This document shows positions 39,374 to 53,534 of a stretch of DNA of 64,000 bases, piece after piece. The stretch lies in NCBI RefSeq assembly GCF_004010195.1, contig NC_057728.1, positions 42,661,552 through 42,725,551 on the forward strand, in the 5' to 3' direction. Every line of letters begins with the position of its first letter. The stretch's first letter is position 1. The position numbers were made by a program, and so were the translations under genes. Source of the stretch: Chiloscyllium plagiosum. Its lineage: Eukaryota. Under the pieces are notes generated by a model. The model did no database searches, was not told the DNA's origin, and worked only from the letters and a program-made list of their open reading frames with translations.

Positions 39374-40715
39374 GTAAGTTTTAATGGTTACTTTAAGATG
39401 ATATTAACTTCAAAGTTAACTTCTGAGTGGTGACAGATCTGTTTCTGGGGGCTGGTTGTACTCTCAAGAAATTAATTTGTGTATAGTATAAGTTCTCTGA
39501 AACTATTACAAGCTTCATAGAATTAATTAAAAGAACCAAGGGATGGTACTTGAAAATTTAGCATAAGGTCCTTCACAGTTTCAACAAAATGTTATCAATC
39601 TCGATAGTAGCAACTGGTGAAGGCATGTGCTGGGAGTGCTTCCCCTGAGAGGAAAGGGGTAGTACACACTAATACGCTTAGCCAATAGGCAACTAAGGAT
39701 AAATAACCTTATTTTACACTTGCATGACTCCAGGCACAGAAAATGGTGTGAAATTCAGCATAATTTCAGAAAATAGTTCACAAAAGATTAGATTTGAAGT
39801 GTTATAGGTAAATGTGGCAGCCAATTTGGATCCAGCAGGCTTCCATAAATAATAATGAGGTAAAACCTCAAATAATCCTTTACACTTCTGTTTGTTGAGG
39901 GATGACTGAGGGTCATGAGACCAGGAAAACTCCCTTCCACAACCTTGAATAATGCTGTGTAGAGTCTTGATTTCCCCCTTGTTTGATAATATATTGCATT
40001 GCCTCTGTATTGCACTAATCTATCAGATTGCGTGACATATTCACATCTCTGGAGAGGGATTTAGGACTTACAGGAAGAATATTAAGGGTAGAATATTTAG
40101 AGGGTCAATACACCACTCCCACAAGTACTTCTTGCCTTTATCATTTCACACCTCCACCAGAATTATTTCTGCATCCTGGTTTCTGAACTTAGGTCTCTAT
40201 TGTGCGTATATCATCATTAACTAACAGAGTCACCCCTCCACGTTTTCATAGTTCGCTATTCTTCATAATATCTTTTCCTATTCAATATTCAGGTACCAAA
40301 CAATGTCATCCAGTTACCATGTCTCTGTAATGGCTACCAGATCATATTTATTTCTGTTTGCGTTCTCTGTCATCTGTTTTGTTTTAAACACTATATGCAT
40401 TCAGATACAGTCTTTCTTTTTATTCTTTTCTTTTTGTATCATTTTATCTATTGATCTATTCTTATTTTACATACGCCATCCTTTACTACCATAGTCTGTT
40501 TATATCTTCCGTCTTAGTCTTTTATCCTTGTCTCGACCTTTTGATTTATCACATTTTCCCAAATATCCTTCCCGGCCATATAACATGGCTTGCAAGAACA
40601 CTGAGCCTAACACGGTTCAGGTGGAGACAGTACCAATGGTACAGATTCCACATTCCCCAGCATCAGCGCAGGCTCAGACTCTCAGCCTTGAGGCAGACCG
40701 GGTGTGGAAGTTCCA

Positions 40716-43700
40716 CAGCCCGGTATGTCAGTCCCCCAGCCCCAGTGTGTCAGTCCCCCAGCCCCGGTGTCTCAGTCTCCCCGCCACGGTATCTCAGTCT
40801 CCCAGCCCTGGTGTCTCAGTCTCCCAGCCCCGGTGTCTCAGTCTCCCAGCCCCGGTGTCTCAGTCTCCCAGCCCAGTGCCTCAGTCTCCCAGCCCAGTGT
40901 GTCAGTCTCCCAGCCGGGTGTCTCAGTCTCCCAGCCCGGTGTGTCAGACCACCAGCCCGGTGTGTCAGTCCCCCAGCCCAGTGTGTCAGTCCCCCAGCCC
41001 GGTGTGTCAGTCCCCCAGCCCGGTGTGTAAGTCCCCCAGTCCAGTGTGTCAATCTCCCAGCCCAGTTTGTCAGTCTCCCAGCCCGGTGTGTCAATCTCCC
41101 ATCCCGGTGTGTCAGTCTCCCAGCACAGTGTGTCAGTCTCCCAGTCCAGTGTGTCAGTCTCCCAGCCCGGTCTGCTGTCTCCCAGCCCGGTCTGCAGTCT
41201 CCCAGCCCAGTCAGCAGTCTCCCAGCCCAATGTGTCAGTCTCCCAGCCTGGTCTGTAGTCTCCCAGCCGGGTGTCTCAGTCTCCCAGCCCGGTGTGTCAG
41301 TCCTCCAGCCCGGTGTGTCAGTCTCCTGGCCTGGTGTCTCAGTCCCCCAGCCCAGTGTGGCAGTCTCCCAGCCCAGTGTGTCAGTCTCCCAGCCGAGTGT
41401 GTTAGTGTCCCAGCCCGGTGTGTCAGGGTCCCAGCCCGGTATGACAGGCTCCCAACCCAGTGTGTCAGTCTCTCAGCCCAGTCTGCAGTCTCCCAGCCCG
41501 GTGTCTCAGACTCCCAGCCCATTGTGTCAGTCCGCCAGCCCGGTGTTTCAGTCGCCCATCCCGGTGTGTCAGTCTCCCAGCCCGGTGTGTCAATCTCCCA
41601 TCCCGGTGTGTCAGTCCCCCAGTCCAGTGTGTCAATCTCCCATCCCGGTGTGTCAGTCTCCCAGCCCGGTGTGTCAGTCTCCCAGCCCGGTCTGCTGTCT
41701 CCCAGCCCGGTCTGCAGTCTCCCAGCCCAGTCAGCAGTCTCCCAGCCCAATGTGTCAGTCTCCCAGCCTGGTCTGTAGTCTCCCAGCCGGGTGTCTCAGT
41801 CTCCCAGCCTGGTGTGTCAGTCCCCCAACCCAATGTGTCAGTCTCCCAGCCTGGTCTGTAGTCTCCCAGCCGGGTGTCTCAGTCTCCCAGCCCGGTGTGT
41901 CAGTCCTCCAGCCCGGTGTGTCAGTCTCCTGGCCTGGTGTCTCAGTCCCCCAGCCCAGTGTGTCAGTCTCCCAGCCCAGTGTGTCAGTCCCCCAGCCCAG
42001 TGTGTCAGTCTCCCAGCCCAGTGTGTCAGTCTCCCAGCCCAGTGTGTCAGTCCCCCAGCCCAGTGTGTCAGTCTCCTAGCCCAGTGTGTCAATCTCCCAG
42101 CCCAGTTTGTCAGTCCCCCAGCCCGGTGTCTCTGTCTCCCAACCCGGTGTATCAGTCTCCCAGCCCAGTGTGTCAGTCTCCCAGTCCGGTCTGCAGTCTC
42201 CCAGCCTGGTGTCTCAGTCTCCCAGCCCAGTGTGTCAGTCTCCAGCCGAGTGTGTTAGTGTCCCAGCCTGGTGTGGCAGTCTCCCAGCCCGGTGTCTCAG
42301 TCCCCTAGCCCGGTGTGGCAGTTCCTCAGCCCAGTGTGTCAGTCTCCCAGCCGAGTGTGTTAGTGTCCCAGCCCGGTGTGTCAGGGTCCCAGCCCGGTAT
42401 GACAGGCTCCCAACCCAGTGTGTCAGTCTCTCAGCCCAGTCTGCAGTCTCCCAGCCCGGTGTCTCAGACTCCCAGCCCATTGTGTCAGTCCGCCAGCCCG
42501 GTGTTTCAGTCGCCCAGTCCGGTGTGTCAGTCCCCCAGTCCAGTGTGTCAATCTCCCAGCCCGGTGTGTCAGTCTCCCAGCCTGCTGTGTCAGTCTCCCA
42601 GCCCAGTGTGTCAGTCCGCCAGCCCGGTGAGTCAGTCTCCCAACCCGGTGTGTCAATCTCCCAGCCCAGTGTGGCAGTCTCCCAGCCCAGTGTGGCATTC
42701 TCCCAGCCCAGTGAGTCAGTCTCCTAGCCCAGTGAGTCAGTCTCCCAGCCCGGTGTGTCAGTCTCCCAGCCCGTTGTGTCAGTCTCCCAGCCCGGTGCCT
42801 CAGTCCCCCAGCCTGGTGTCTCAGTCCCCCAGCCCGGTGAAGCAGTCTCCCAGCCCATTGTGTCAATCTCCCAGCCTGGTATGTCAGTCTCCCAGCCCGG
42901 TGTCTCAGTCTCCCAGCCCGTTGTGTAGGTCTCCCAGCCTGGTGTGTCAGTCTCTCAGCCCAGTGTGTCAGTCTCCCAGCCTGGTGTGTCAGCCTCCCAG
43001 CCCAGTGTGTCAGTCTCCCAGCCCGGTGTCTCAGCCTCCCAGCCCGTTGTGGCAGGTCATCCAGCCCGTTGTGTCAGTCTCCCAGCCAGATGTGTCAGTC
43101 TGTCAGCCCAGTGTGATAGTCTCCCAACCCGGTGTGTCAGTCTCCCAGCCCGGTATGTCAGTCCTCCAGCCCAGTGTGTCAGTCTCCCAGCCCTGTGTGT
43201 CAGTCTCCCAGCCCAGTATGGCAGTCTCCCAGCCCGTTGTGGCAGGTCTCCCAGCCCGGTGTGTCAGTCTCTCAGCCCAGTGTGAAAGTCTCCCAGCCCG
43301 GTGTCTCAGACTCCCAGCCCGGTGTGTCAGTGCACCCGGTGTCTCTGTCTCCCAACCCGGTGTGTCCGTCTCCTAGCCCAGAGTGTCAGTCTCCCAGCCC
43401 GGTCTGTCAGTCTCCCAGCCCACTGTGTCAGTCTCCCAGCCCAGTGAGTCAGTCTCCTAGCCCAGTGAGTCAGTCTCCTAGCCCTGTGTGTCAGTCTCCC
43501 AGCCCAGTGTGGCAGTCTCCCAGCCCAGTGTGGCAGTCTCCCAGCCCAGTGTGGCAGTCTCCCAGCCCAGTGTGTCAGTCTCCTAGCCCGGTGTATCTTT
43601 CTCCCAGCCCGGTGTGTCCGTCTCCCAGCCCAGTGTGGCATTCTCCCAGCCCGGTGTCTCTGTCTCCCAACCCGGTGTGTCCGTCTCCTAGCCCAGAGTG

Positions 43701-44170
43701 TCAGTCTCCCAGCCCGGTCTGTCAGTCTCCCAGCCCACTGTGTCAGTCTCCCAGCCCAGTGTGTCTGTCTCCTAGCCCAGTGTGTCAGTCTCCTAGCCCA
43801 GTGTATCAGTCTCCCAGCCCGGTGTGTCAGTCTCCCAGCCCGGTCTGTCAGTCTCCCAGCCCACTGTGTCAGTCTCCTAGCCCAGTGTATCAGTCTCCCA
43901 GCCCGGTGTGTCAGTCTCCCAGCCCAGTGTGTCAGTCTCCCAGCCCAGTGTGGCAGTCTCCCAGCCCGGTGTCTCTATCTCCCAACCCGGTGTGTCAGTC
44001 TCCCCGTCTAGTGTGTCAGTCTCCCAGCCCAGTGTGGCAGTCTCCCAGCCTGGTGTGTCAGTCTCCCAGCCCGGTGTCAGTCTCCTAGCCCAGTATGTCA
44101 GTCTCCCAGCCCGGGGTGTTTCAGTCTCCCAGCCTGCTGTATCTGTCTTCCAGCCCGGTGTGTGGTGTCC
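40716..44170. repeat. intronic minisatellite, 21-bp unit cagtctcccagcccggtgtgt (20- and 22-bp variants), roughly 160 units
   Basis: Directly visible; yields QSPSPVC / SVSQPGV / LPARCVS repeats in the three + frames. Confidence 0.97.
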
Positions 44171-44299
44171 CACCCTGGTGTGGCCGTCTCTTGGCAGCAC
44201 ATGTCACTTTCCTGGCCTGGCAAGACTGTCTCTCAGCCCAGCAGGACAGTCGTTCCGTGGCTGGTGACAGTGTTTTGGGTCAGTTTGGCCTCACCATGA

Positions 44300-45150
44300 A
44301 CTGTACACAGTATCCCAAAACAGCCGTCACCAATATCCTGTACAATGTACAATGTACAAACTCCTATGGTCAACGGTCTGAGCAATGAAGGCAATCATAC
44401 TTGGTGCCTTCTTAATCACCCTGTCTACATGTGATGCAACTTTCAAAGAACTTTTTACCTGAACCTCTCAGTGTTCCTGTTCAACAACATTACCCAGGAC
44501 CCTACCATTAACTATCGATGTCCTGCCCTTGTTTGTTTACCACAATGCAATGCCTCACATTTATCCAAATTAAACTCCATCTGCCACTCTTCAGTCCATT
44601 GTCCAATTGATCAAGATCCTTTTGTAATTTTAGATAACCACCGTCACTGTCGACTATACAACCAATTTTGGTGTCATCTGCGAACTTAGTAACCATGCTC
44701 CTAAAATCTTTTCCATATCGTTTATATAAATGACAAACAAAAGTGAACCCAGCACCGATCCTTGAGCACATCACTGGTCATCAGCGTCCAGTGCAAGAAA
44801 TAACTTCCCCCATCACCCTCCTTCTCCTACAGTTAAACCAATTTTGTATCCAATTGGCAACCTCACCCTGAATCTCATGTGATCTAACTTTACTAATTAG
44901 TCTATGTGCAGAACCTTGTCGAAGGCTTTACTAAAGTCCATGTAAACATTGTCTACTGCTCTGGCCTGATCAATCATTTTGGTAACACCCTCAAAAAACT
45001 CAATCAAGTTTGTGTGACATAATTTACTGTACAGAGCCATGATGACTATCCCTAATCAGTCCTTGCCTCTCCAAATACATGTAAACCCTATCTCTCAGAA
45101 TCCCCTTTAACATCCACCACTGATGTCAGGCTCACCGGTCTATAGTTCCT
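44300..45150 (-). mobile_element. CR1-clade LINE RT fragment
   Basis: [31 protein letters not shown] on the - strand. Confidence 0.9.
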
Positions 45151-48100
45151 CTGGACTTGCACTCTTTACTGTCAATTTCCTTCACTATACATTCCACCAC
45201 TACCAGTACATTCATTCTTCCTCCCCCACTTAAGTAGCTTCCTGTACCAAATTGTCATGATTTGTTGGGTCATTCCCTTTATAGCACTCACTCTCATCCA
45301 GACAAGCTGACACATATTCAACTTGTGGACAGCTAAAAATGCTGAACATTGCATGTTCCTTCCCTCTGGGTCCTTGACTTGCTTCACTCACAGTCTCACT
45401 CTGCATTCCCCAAACACCAGTGAAGTTAGAAAACTCTGTCCAAAGAGGTGTGACTGTCTCCTGGTACAAAGAATCCTGGAAAATGTCCCTCTTGCTGATG
45501 CATTGCAAAGCAGTAGTTCAGCCTCTAGTTTAGAATCTCTAAGCTAAAGCTGTTCAAAAGTCCAACATTTAATATAGCTGTTTGCCCTCGATTGCATAGA
45601 TATCCAGAACTCCCCACATGCTGCAGCTATGATACATCAACTATTCTGTCAATTTTAATGTGTTTTAAACAAATCTTGCATTATGTTATTCAAATTTATA
45701 TTTACTTATGTTTTTACATATTTTTGATACCTCATTACAAGTTAGTATATTATTTTGAACCTTAGGAATATAATTACCCTTTGTCATTTCTCAAATGCTA
45801 ATTAATTAGTTAGCTTCTTTTCCTGTGAGCAGAGTGAAAACAATTCCTTCCAGTTGAAAGAGTGAAAACAAAGATAAAGACGCACATCTTTTGCTTCTTC
45901 CCTTAACTCGCTTAGTCATCAACTCACAGCACCATATTGTTAATTGCACACAAGTGCTAAGTTGCACTAAATTTGCTAGTTTTCTACATGCCTAAGACAA
46001 AAGGCCAAGATAACCCAGTTCTCGAGGAACCAGTTTCAGCTGCTTTGTAAGTGATCTAAACCCAACTGCTCTTCCACCGGAGACCTTGTTAAAATCTTAC
46101 TGAAGTTAGAAACTTTAGAATTTAAACTGTAAATTTAATTGCAATGCAACTACAAACAAAATGAGATTTGAACAAAAAGATTAAATTATCGTGTCCACCA
46201 GCTACATGCATTCAGTCCTGGATCAAATTAATGTCTATAATTTCGGAATACAACAAATTAAAATGCTCATTGATATTAAAATTCAAATCTGCCTAAGACA
46301 ATACAGTGGAAAATAAATGTAATTTTTAGATTTTTTTATTTTTTAATTAAATTGTAAATTTCTACATTTTTACTTGTGGTTGATTTTGTTTACTCTGGTC
46401 CCAATTTTCGATGCTGGGCTAGGTGCAGAGTTGCAAGAAATCGAGGTTCCAAGAACCTGACCTTCAAAAGTGGTTTCATACAATTATGTTCTTGGTTCAG
46501 GGTGGGCTGGATTATGCTGCCAGTTTTTATGGCGGGCTTGGAGGAAAGCTTGCCTTTGGGGTCCAAAATTATGATAATATTTGAAAATATAGATTAAGAC
46601 AGAAAGCATCCCACCTGTGCTCTCAAGGCCCCACCAAAGCTGCTCTAAACATATATACTCACCCCCATGGCCCCTCATCCCACCTATGCCAATCTATTCC
46701 CCTCCACCCAGCTCCAAGAGCTACTATGCCAACCTAGTGTCTTCTTCTATCCAGCAGCATTTACCACACAAGAAGAAAAGTATCAGGCAGAATTTCCCTA
46801 TATTCAATTAAAATGTTTTGTAAAGTGAGATCCATGGCTATCAGTCCGCCAAGGACAACACCTCATAACACCTTCAGTTCTTCACCTCATTAATAATGCA
46901 ACTGGGCTTTTCAGTTGCCTTCTTGTTGAATCACATGGACGGAAAGGTAGAAGTGCTCACTCTTGTGGGACCTTCTTACAGTCTGGCACTGGCGCCATAT
47001 TTAAAGCCCAGCTATGCACCAATCAGGTGCTATTACCCAGGAACTCGTGCTCACATTGTGGTCTTACACAATTATAACCAAGGAAATGGCCCAGAAAGGC
47101 AACTTAGTTCACTATTTTGTGGAAGAGGATCTGGAGGTACTGGTGATTGGTTGATGGAGGAAAGAACAATATTTTTTCGGCAGACTACCAACAGAGGGCA
47201 CAACATAAGATATAGCTAGTCTAGGTCAGACTGTACCTCCCATTAATGGAACATGCCACACTGTGCACACATCTCATCAAGGCTCATGGACTACAACTCT
47301 CAGTATTGAACACATTGTGTTGACACAACAGCTGTCACCCACCTCCTTTCCCTAAACTATCGATCCTTTCAGCTTCTACATTAGCTTTGGAAGATTTGTG
47401 GCAGCTGCAGGACATTGTCTATCCTGATGGGTTTGCTGACATATTTGTTATTTCTGCCTCCTTCTGTACTGCCTTCACATTTGAAGCAAAGCCACATGGA
47501 CTCCAAACATGAAGACATCTGAGTCAGATGCATGAACAAATAATCTGTGAGGAGGATCAGGAAGATCATGTAACTTTATTGAAGGAACTCCTGAGTCTTC
47601 ATGTTCTTCATAATAAAGCTCCATGCTATGCCCTCATACAGTGTGACATGAAGACAATTCAAGGTCAATGACATACCATCTTAAGGAGCTCTGAAATAGG
47701 CAATTTTATCCAATTATACAATGCAAAAACAAAGTTTCCAAGTTGCACTTGGGGAGTAGAATTCTGTCACAAACAAACATGATATCAGCTCATAACACAG
47801 ACCATGTTATTGCATGCTTACTGTTCAGCATGTGAATGTGCCAGCTACAAAACATTGAGTTCCAGTGCTACCTATGAAATATGTTTTTGTAAGACTTTGC
47901 TTACTGATACCAACGAATGTAATGCATTGATATTGCTGGGTGTTGGTGTCAGCAAACAGATCCAGTAAGATGCTTTGTGTCACTTTTAAATACATTTGTC
48001 TGATTAGATTTGCTTAGCAAACATAACAAGGAGACAATTAATGGGCACAGTGATCATGATTGCTTGAGGCTCTAATTCTTAATTTTGCATTCTTGCACAA

Positions 48101-50267
48101 TGAGTGTTCTGCCACTGAGGTTCAATTTGAAGCCAGGTAGGTGAAAGTCATAATTATTGCAATTACCCTGCAAGGCCTCATGCTCCAAATGTTTATTCTG
48201 ACCCCAGAGAGCAAATCAGGGAGTTCCCCTCCCCAATTTGCACACAAAATCAGCCATTTTGAATACTGTTATTGCACATTTGAGTTTTGACCTGAGATGG
48301 AATGGTTCCAGCGTTGTGTTTTTGTGATGATTTTCAGGATCCACCTGAGGTGCAAAATGATCCCCACTTTTCACGCTCCATTTTATGTGGTTCCCATGGC
48401 CTTTTAGCCACCCTCCCATTTCAATTGAACCCCTTTATTTAATTATTAATGTCTCCGGGGATCTCTGCAGAGTCTTTGCTTTGCAAATTGATATATTCTT
48501 GTTGGCCTTACATTCTCACTGTATAGAAGTCAGATTGTCAATAAACTCTGACAACCACTCCCCGACCACATCCATTCTGAGATCCCACCTTTCTAACTAG
48601 AATTGATCCTTTTCACTATAATTATTCCATCAGAAATCCAGTGTAACGAAACCCATTCAGTAGACAAATTATCTGCTGTTCTCAGATCTCCATAGATTGT
48701 CACCGATACAACCCTGACTGTTATTGAGAACATTTCCCAGAACTCATCATGGCCCACACACAAACCCTGACTGGTTTGGTAAGATATTCTCACCTAAATA
48801 CACCCTAGCCCCCAGACTGATATGCCACAGTTCTCCTATTGACCTATTGAAAATGTCCGGACTTAACCTGCCAAACTCATTATGGATTTTTCCCTAGGCT
48901 ATGAGGGTATGGATGCTTGGATACTAATAGGATCAAGTGCCTGACTAACTGTGGCCAACCTCTGGTCTGGAATAATATTAGCCCCTTGATAGACTGAGAT
49001 GGTGCTGCTGACTGACCCTTGACCAGACAAAGGGACTATTCCCCTTTGATTTCCAGCCATGACCGTTTGTTTAAAGTGCACGCAGTCTGTTTGCCATGTA
49101 AACTGCTGGCCAGTGCTGTAGGTGTAATATTGACATAGCCTGGTAGTATACAATGACATGTAACCCCCATTGACTGTTCCATGCTCTCCACTGTGACAAG
49201 CTACCTGCCTCTCCTTATGCGTGAAAAGACAATATAAGACACAGAGGCAGTTAGCCTATAACCCAGAAGGTGCAGGGACATTGCAGTGAACACACAGTTA
49301 GGTGATGGCCAGGACAAGCAGTTAACAAGTTACAGCCACTAGGAATTACCTTTACTTACATGTTGTGAATTTGTAACATTGGGAAGGAGAGCAGAATTGG
49401 AAGTGGTGCAGCAATAAGGGGAGTGAGCGAAAAATAAGGTGAAAACATATGATGATTCGGAAATCACTCAATAGTGAGATCCTGAAATATCTACCTATAA
49501 TCTAAGGAGAACATGAAAAATCTTTTCTTTGAGGCCAAGGTTCTCATATTTTCCAACTTTCACACCACCATACCACACCAAGATTTCATTCATTGTTCTT
49601 TTACTTAAGGTTCTGTATTGCAGATCACACTCTCCTGTGAAAAGCACTCTTATTCATAAATATCCAATTTGACTCTCGTAGATTCATTTTAAGACGTGTT
49701 CACAAGCTGGGCAGTTTCAAGGGGTTTATGCACTATTTATACAAAACTTTATTCACACTTAGTAGTCTAAGGGCATCTGTTAGGCACCTAAATAATCCCC
49801 GAACTCCAGCTGCAAAAGATTCCTGATACCCATCACCTGAGCCTTGCTCCTGAAATGGCTTGAAATCATGATGCAGTAGCAACTCAGCTCTCCAAAGGGG
49901 TACCCTAGCTATCCAGAAGAAATGGACTAATAACAGACATGTGCTTACCTCGTATACTCTCTACATGCCAGGTTTCAGATGCCAGGAAATTCAAGATCCA
50001 ATTTCAGTGGAAGCAGCTGATCATCTAAATGGCCAGCTTCCTCCAGGTGCTGCAGTTGCTTGAACTACAAACCACCCCTATGCCATCCCCCCCAAAAATG
50101 AGAAAAGCCAGGTGAAGGGATGTGACTTGGTATTCCTGATTTCATACAGCATTTTTGTTGCAATGTCGACACCTGTTTCTGATACAAAAGCTTAAAACGT
50201 AATCTTTGTAGTACTTCAATACATATATGCTTCTAATTTTGAAATTTATATTTTCCCTGTTAAATAG

Positions 50268-50552
50268 GACCCAATCCACCAAAAAATATTACTATTGGAA
50301 AAGTATCATCCACTGCACTAGAGGTGCTTTGGAGTCCTCCAGATGAATCAAAGAATGCATTATTTCATCACTATCTTGTTAGTTATATGGGATTTGGATC
50401 AAAAAGTCAAGGAACTGAAAATGTTAAAGGTGACAAAACATCCTTAATGCTTGGAAATCTTAAACCATTCCACTCATACAAAGTTTATGTACAGACAGTG
50501 GCTGAAGGAGGATCACTAAGTTGTGCTGAAGGACCATTGCTTGCAAGTACAG
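50268..50552 (+). CDS. FN3/CTLD gene exon: FN3 #4, phase 1-1
   Basis: taaatAG | RPNPPKNITIGKVSSTALEVLWSPP...YLVSY...GNLKPFHSYKVYVQTV...LLAST | GTAAAT; 285 nt. Confidence 0.93.
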
Positions 50553-50915
50553 GTAAATATTAGCTGTGAAAGGTAATTTTTTTCCATCTAAAAGATAGGA
50601 GATGTATTTATGTTCATTTGCAATCATATCAAACTTTGTCATATTTTGTATGTATCCATATCAAACAGTACATTTATTGCCTAGCATCTGGGAGATCTTC
50701 CTCTCTAATTACAAAAAAAATGCAGTAAAAAGGATTTGTGCACTATCAGGAACATTGAGAAAATGGCAAAATGATTGTTTTTCGTGTTTGACTTTAATGT
50801 TGAAATGGAGTAGATCAGTGTCAATTATAATCAACTTAAGTGTTTAGAATTTGTACAATGAAACTAACCTTGCATTTAAAGTTTACTAATTATTTATGTT
50901 TTATTGTGAACCCAG

Positions 50916-51188
50916 CTCCCAGTCCTCCAGTGCGTATTTACATTGGCAACACTGATGTTTGGGAGAATAGAATCATTGTGCACTGGGAGCCACCATTAGA
51001 AGGAAGTGATGAATACTATGTACAAATAAAACTGAGCAATGGTAACAAAGAAGTAAAACAACGTTCAGTGACAAATGCAACGGTATTTCAATTTGATTTT
51101 CTAATCCCAGGTGTCACATATGACATTGAAGTGATGGCAATAAAAAATGGGAAGAGAAGCATACCAAAATTGATTACACAAACTACAA
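50916..51188 (+). CDS. FN3/CTLD gene exon: FN3 #5, phase 1-1
   Basis: aacccAG | APSPPVRIYIGNTDVWENRIIVHWEPP...FLIPGVTYDIEVMAIKNGKRSIPKLITQTT | GTAAGT; 273 nt. Confidence 0.93.
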
Positions 51189-52369
51189 GTAAGTCAGAGT
51201 TCTAACACCTGAGAGTGACTAGAGACCCCAGTGTCATCACGACTCATTAGTCTGCTATGATAAATGCTATGATTGATTTTCACGGAGAGAATATGGGTTC
51301 TTTGGTTGGGATTCAGAACTGCGAAGTGACCTTGATGTCTATGGAGGAACCTTCTTTGTCTGGAGAACCTTTGGTGCAATGCAAGAATGAACCATGGTTG
51401 ATGGTACAAACCTCCATCATCTTGAGGCTGGTGATGCCATGTGGTACATGTTTGCATCTGTACCATGAAAATGAGGTCCCTTCCAATGGCACTGTAAACC
51501 CTGATGGAGACTAGTATTAGGAAGAACTCATAGGTGCAAGCATGGGTTCAGCATGGAACCTTAATGCGCTTGTATTCATGTTTTTAAAAAAACTCAAATG
51601 AATATTTATCAGTAAGTACTAATTTTAGATATTTTCAAAGAATCATGGATTGTTTGGCATAAAGATCTAGAGTTAGGTCTGATATTTTATTTTATTGTTG
51701 TATATAGTTGTCTTTGGTTTGGTTCTGACATACTGCAGCCAACTTGATACGGGTGAGATCATGGTCCTATCTATGTTTTGGGACATCACCAGGTCCATTT
51801 CCTCCTGGCGGTGGCCATTGATACAGAGCTGCTGGCCTATAACTGGCTGGCAGCTCAAGAGGTGGACTTTCCTCCGAGAGCTGTTTGGAAGTCTGGCCTT
51901 AAACTAAATAAAGAGCCGTACAGTAAAATGTTTAAGTGAGCTGAGCCAGCTGGACAGCAGTGAGCTCTTCCCTGAAAATTACGCTGCGGTGCAGGAGTCC
52001 ATCTTCACGATATGATCCAGCCCAACATCTTTGAAGGTTACATAAATGCCTCATCCTGCTGCCACTGGAATTAATCCAGCTGCAAATGAGCCTGTCATCA
52101 TGCAGCATGAATGACAGGTCATACAGTGCAGCCACTCCACCTCATTGAGGGCAATTAGTGCCTAATCAAAAGGACTGAATATCAGGAGGGTTGCTGAGAC
52201 CCAACTCACTATGCACTGACCCCTGTCTCCCTCTCCCTACACCCCCAGCCTGTGGAAACCAAACCCTCCACATTCCTCAGGTAATTTATCAGTCGTTTGG
52301 GTCCTCTGCATTCCTGGCTCTTCCAGGGAAAGGAGTGATCTTCTAGCAGTAGCTATGGTCTCTTGTGTT

Positions 52370-52860
52370 AGATGAAAGTGAGGACTGCAGATGCTGGAGA
52401 TTAGAGTCGAGAGTGTGGTGATCAAAAAGCATAGCAGGTCAGGCAGCATCTGAGGAGCAGGAGAATTAATGTTTCGGGCAAAAGCTTTTCATCAGGAATG
52501 AGGTTGTGAGCTGAGGCGGTGGAGAGATAAATGGGGAGGGGGGAAAGGTAGCTGAGAGTGCAATAGGTAGATGGAGATGGGGGTGATGGTGATAGGTCAG
52601 AGAGGAGGGTGGAGCAGATAGATGGGAAGAAGGATGGAGAGGTAGGACAGGTCATGAGGGCAGTGCTGAGTTGGAAGGTTGGAACTGGTATAAGGTGAGG
52701 GGAGGGGAAATGAGGAAACTGGTGAAATCCACATTGATGTCTTGTGGTTGGAAGGTCCTGAGGTGGAAGTTGAGGTGTTCTTCCTCCCGGCGTCGGGTAG
52801 TTAGGGAGTGGCAATGGAGGAGGCTAATGACCTGCATATCCTTGGTGAAGTAGAAGGAGG
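52370..52860 (-). mobile_element. Penelope-like element 3' end with endonuclease C-terminus and hammerhead-bearing terminus
   Basis: HCHSLTTRRREEEHLNFHLRTFQPQDINVDFTSF resembles the GIY-YIG C-terminus; reverse complement attcctgatgaaaagcttttgcccgaaacatt at about 52468-52499. Confidence 0.8.
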
Positions 52861-53273
52861 ACTGAGCACAGTGCTGAGCACTGATTGACCAGCAGCTCTT
52901 ACCAGGTGGGACCTTATTGGCCAGTTGGCTAGTGATGTGGCCAATGTCACAACAAGACTCTGCCCATTCTTTTTGATGACAAATAAAATCTGTAGCTACT
53001 GATTCCATTCATCTTCCAGGCTATTGTTTCATGCTGCACAAAACTGTTTGCACCCTTAGCTGGCCCTGAGCTGAGCTTCCAACCTCAAATTCTCTCTCAA
53101 GCAAAGAATACCTACGTGCATATCTGCATCATCACCCAGCTCCACCCCTGCCTTATCCAATCTTCTGCTGAAACTCTCATTCATACCCATGTTAGTTCCT
53201 GACTGAACCATTTCAAACTTGTTCATCTTGAGATTTTTTTTAAAATTGCAAAATCATCTTATTTCTATTTCAG

Positions 53274-53534
53274 AGCCTAACCCAATTGAAATAGTTGCTT
53301 CCATTGATATTCAGACTCACTCAACTGTGCTCTATGTTGGAATGCCAAAGTTTGGCTTATTTGATGGAATTAATATTCTATACGGAAATGAAAATAAAAG
53401 AATACCTTTAAAGAACATTAATGTTAACGTGACCCTAGAAAATCTGACACCCGGCAATGAATATAACTTTGCTGTTTATGCAACTAGTGGCAACATGTGG
53501 AGCAAAGCTTACAGAGTTCCTGTTGTGAAAACAT
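53274..53534 (+). CDS. FN3/CTLD gene exon: FN3 #6, phase 1-1, probable GC donor
   Basis: tttcAG | KPNPIEIVASIDIQTHS...LENLTPGNEYNFAVYATSGNMWSKAYRVPVVKT+T | GCAAGT; 261 nt. Confidence 0.87.

Noticed and set aside
40716..44170. CRISPR-like array
   Set aside because: Head-to-tail repeats with no unique spacers, in a vertebrate intron
40451..44388. Long ORFs (up to 542 aa) as a mucin-like exon of the FN3/CTLD gene
   Set aside because: They arise from a stop-poor 21-bp unit open in several frames; 20/22-bp units shift frame; no convincing phase-1 splice sites; the flanking exons join cleanly without them
46370..49500. Possible decayed DNA-transposon (Harbinger-like) remnants, also about 51250-52330
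   Set aside because: Composition suggests old repeats, but I could not read a convincing transposase motif or terminal inverted repeats
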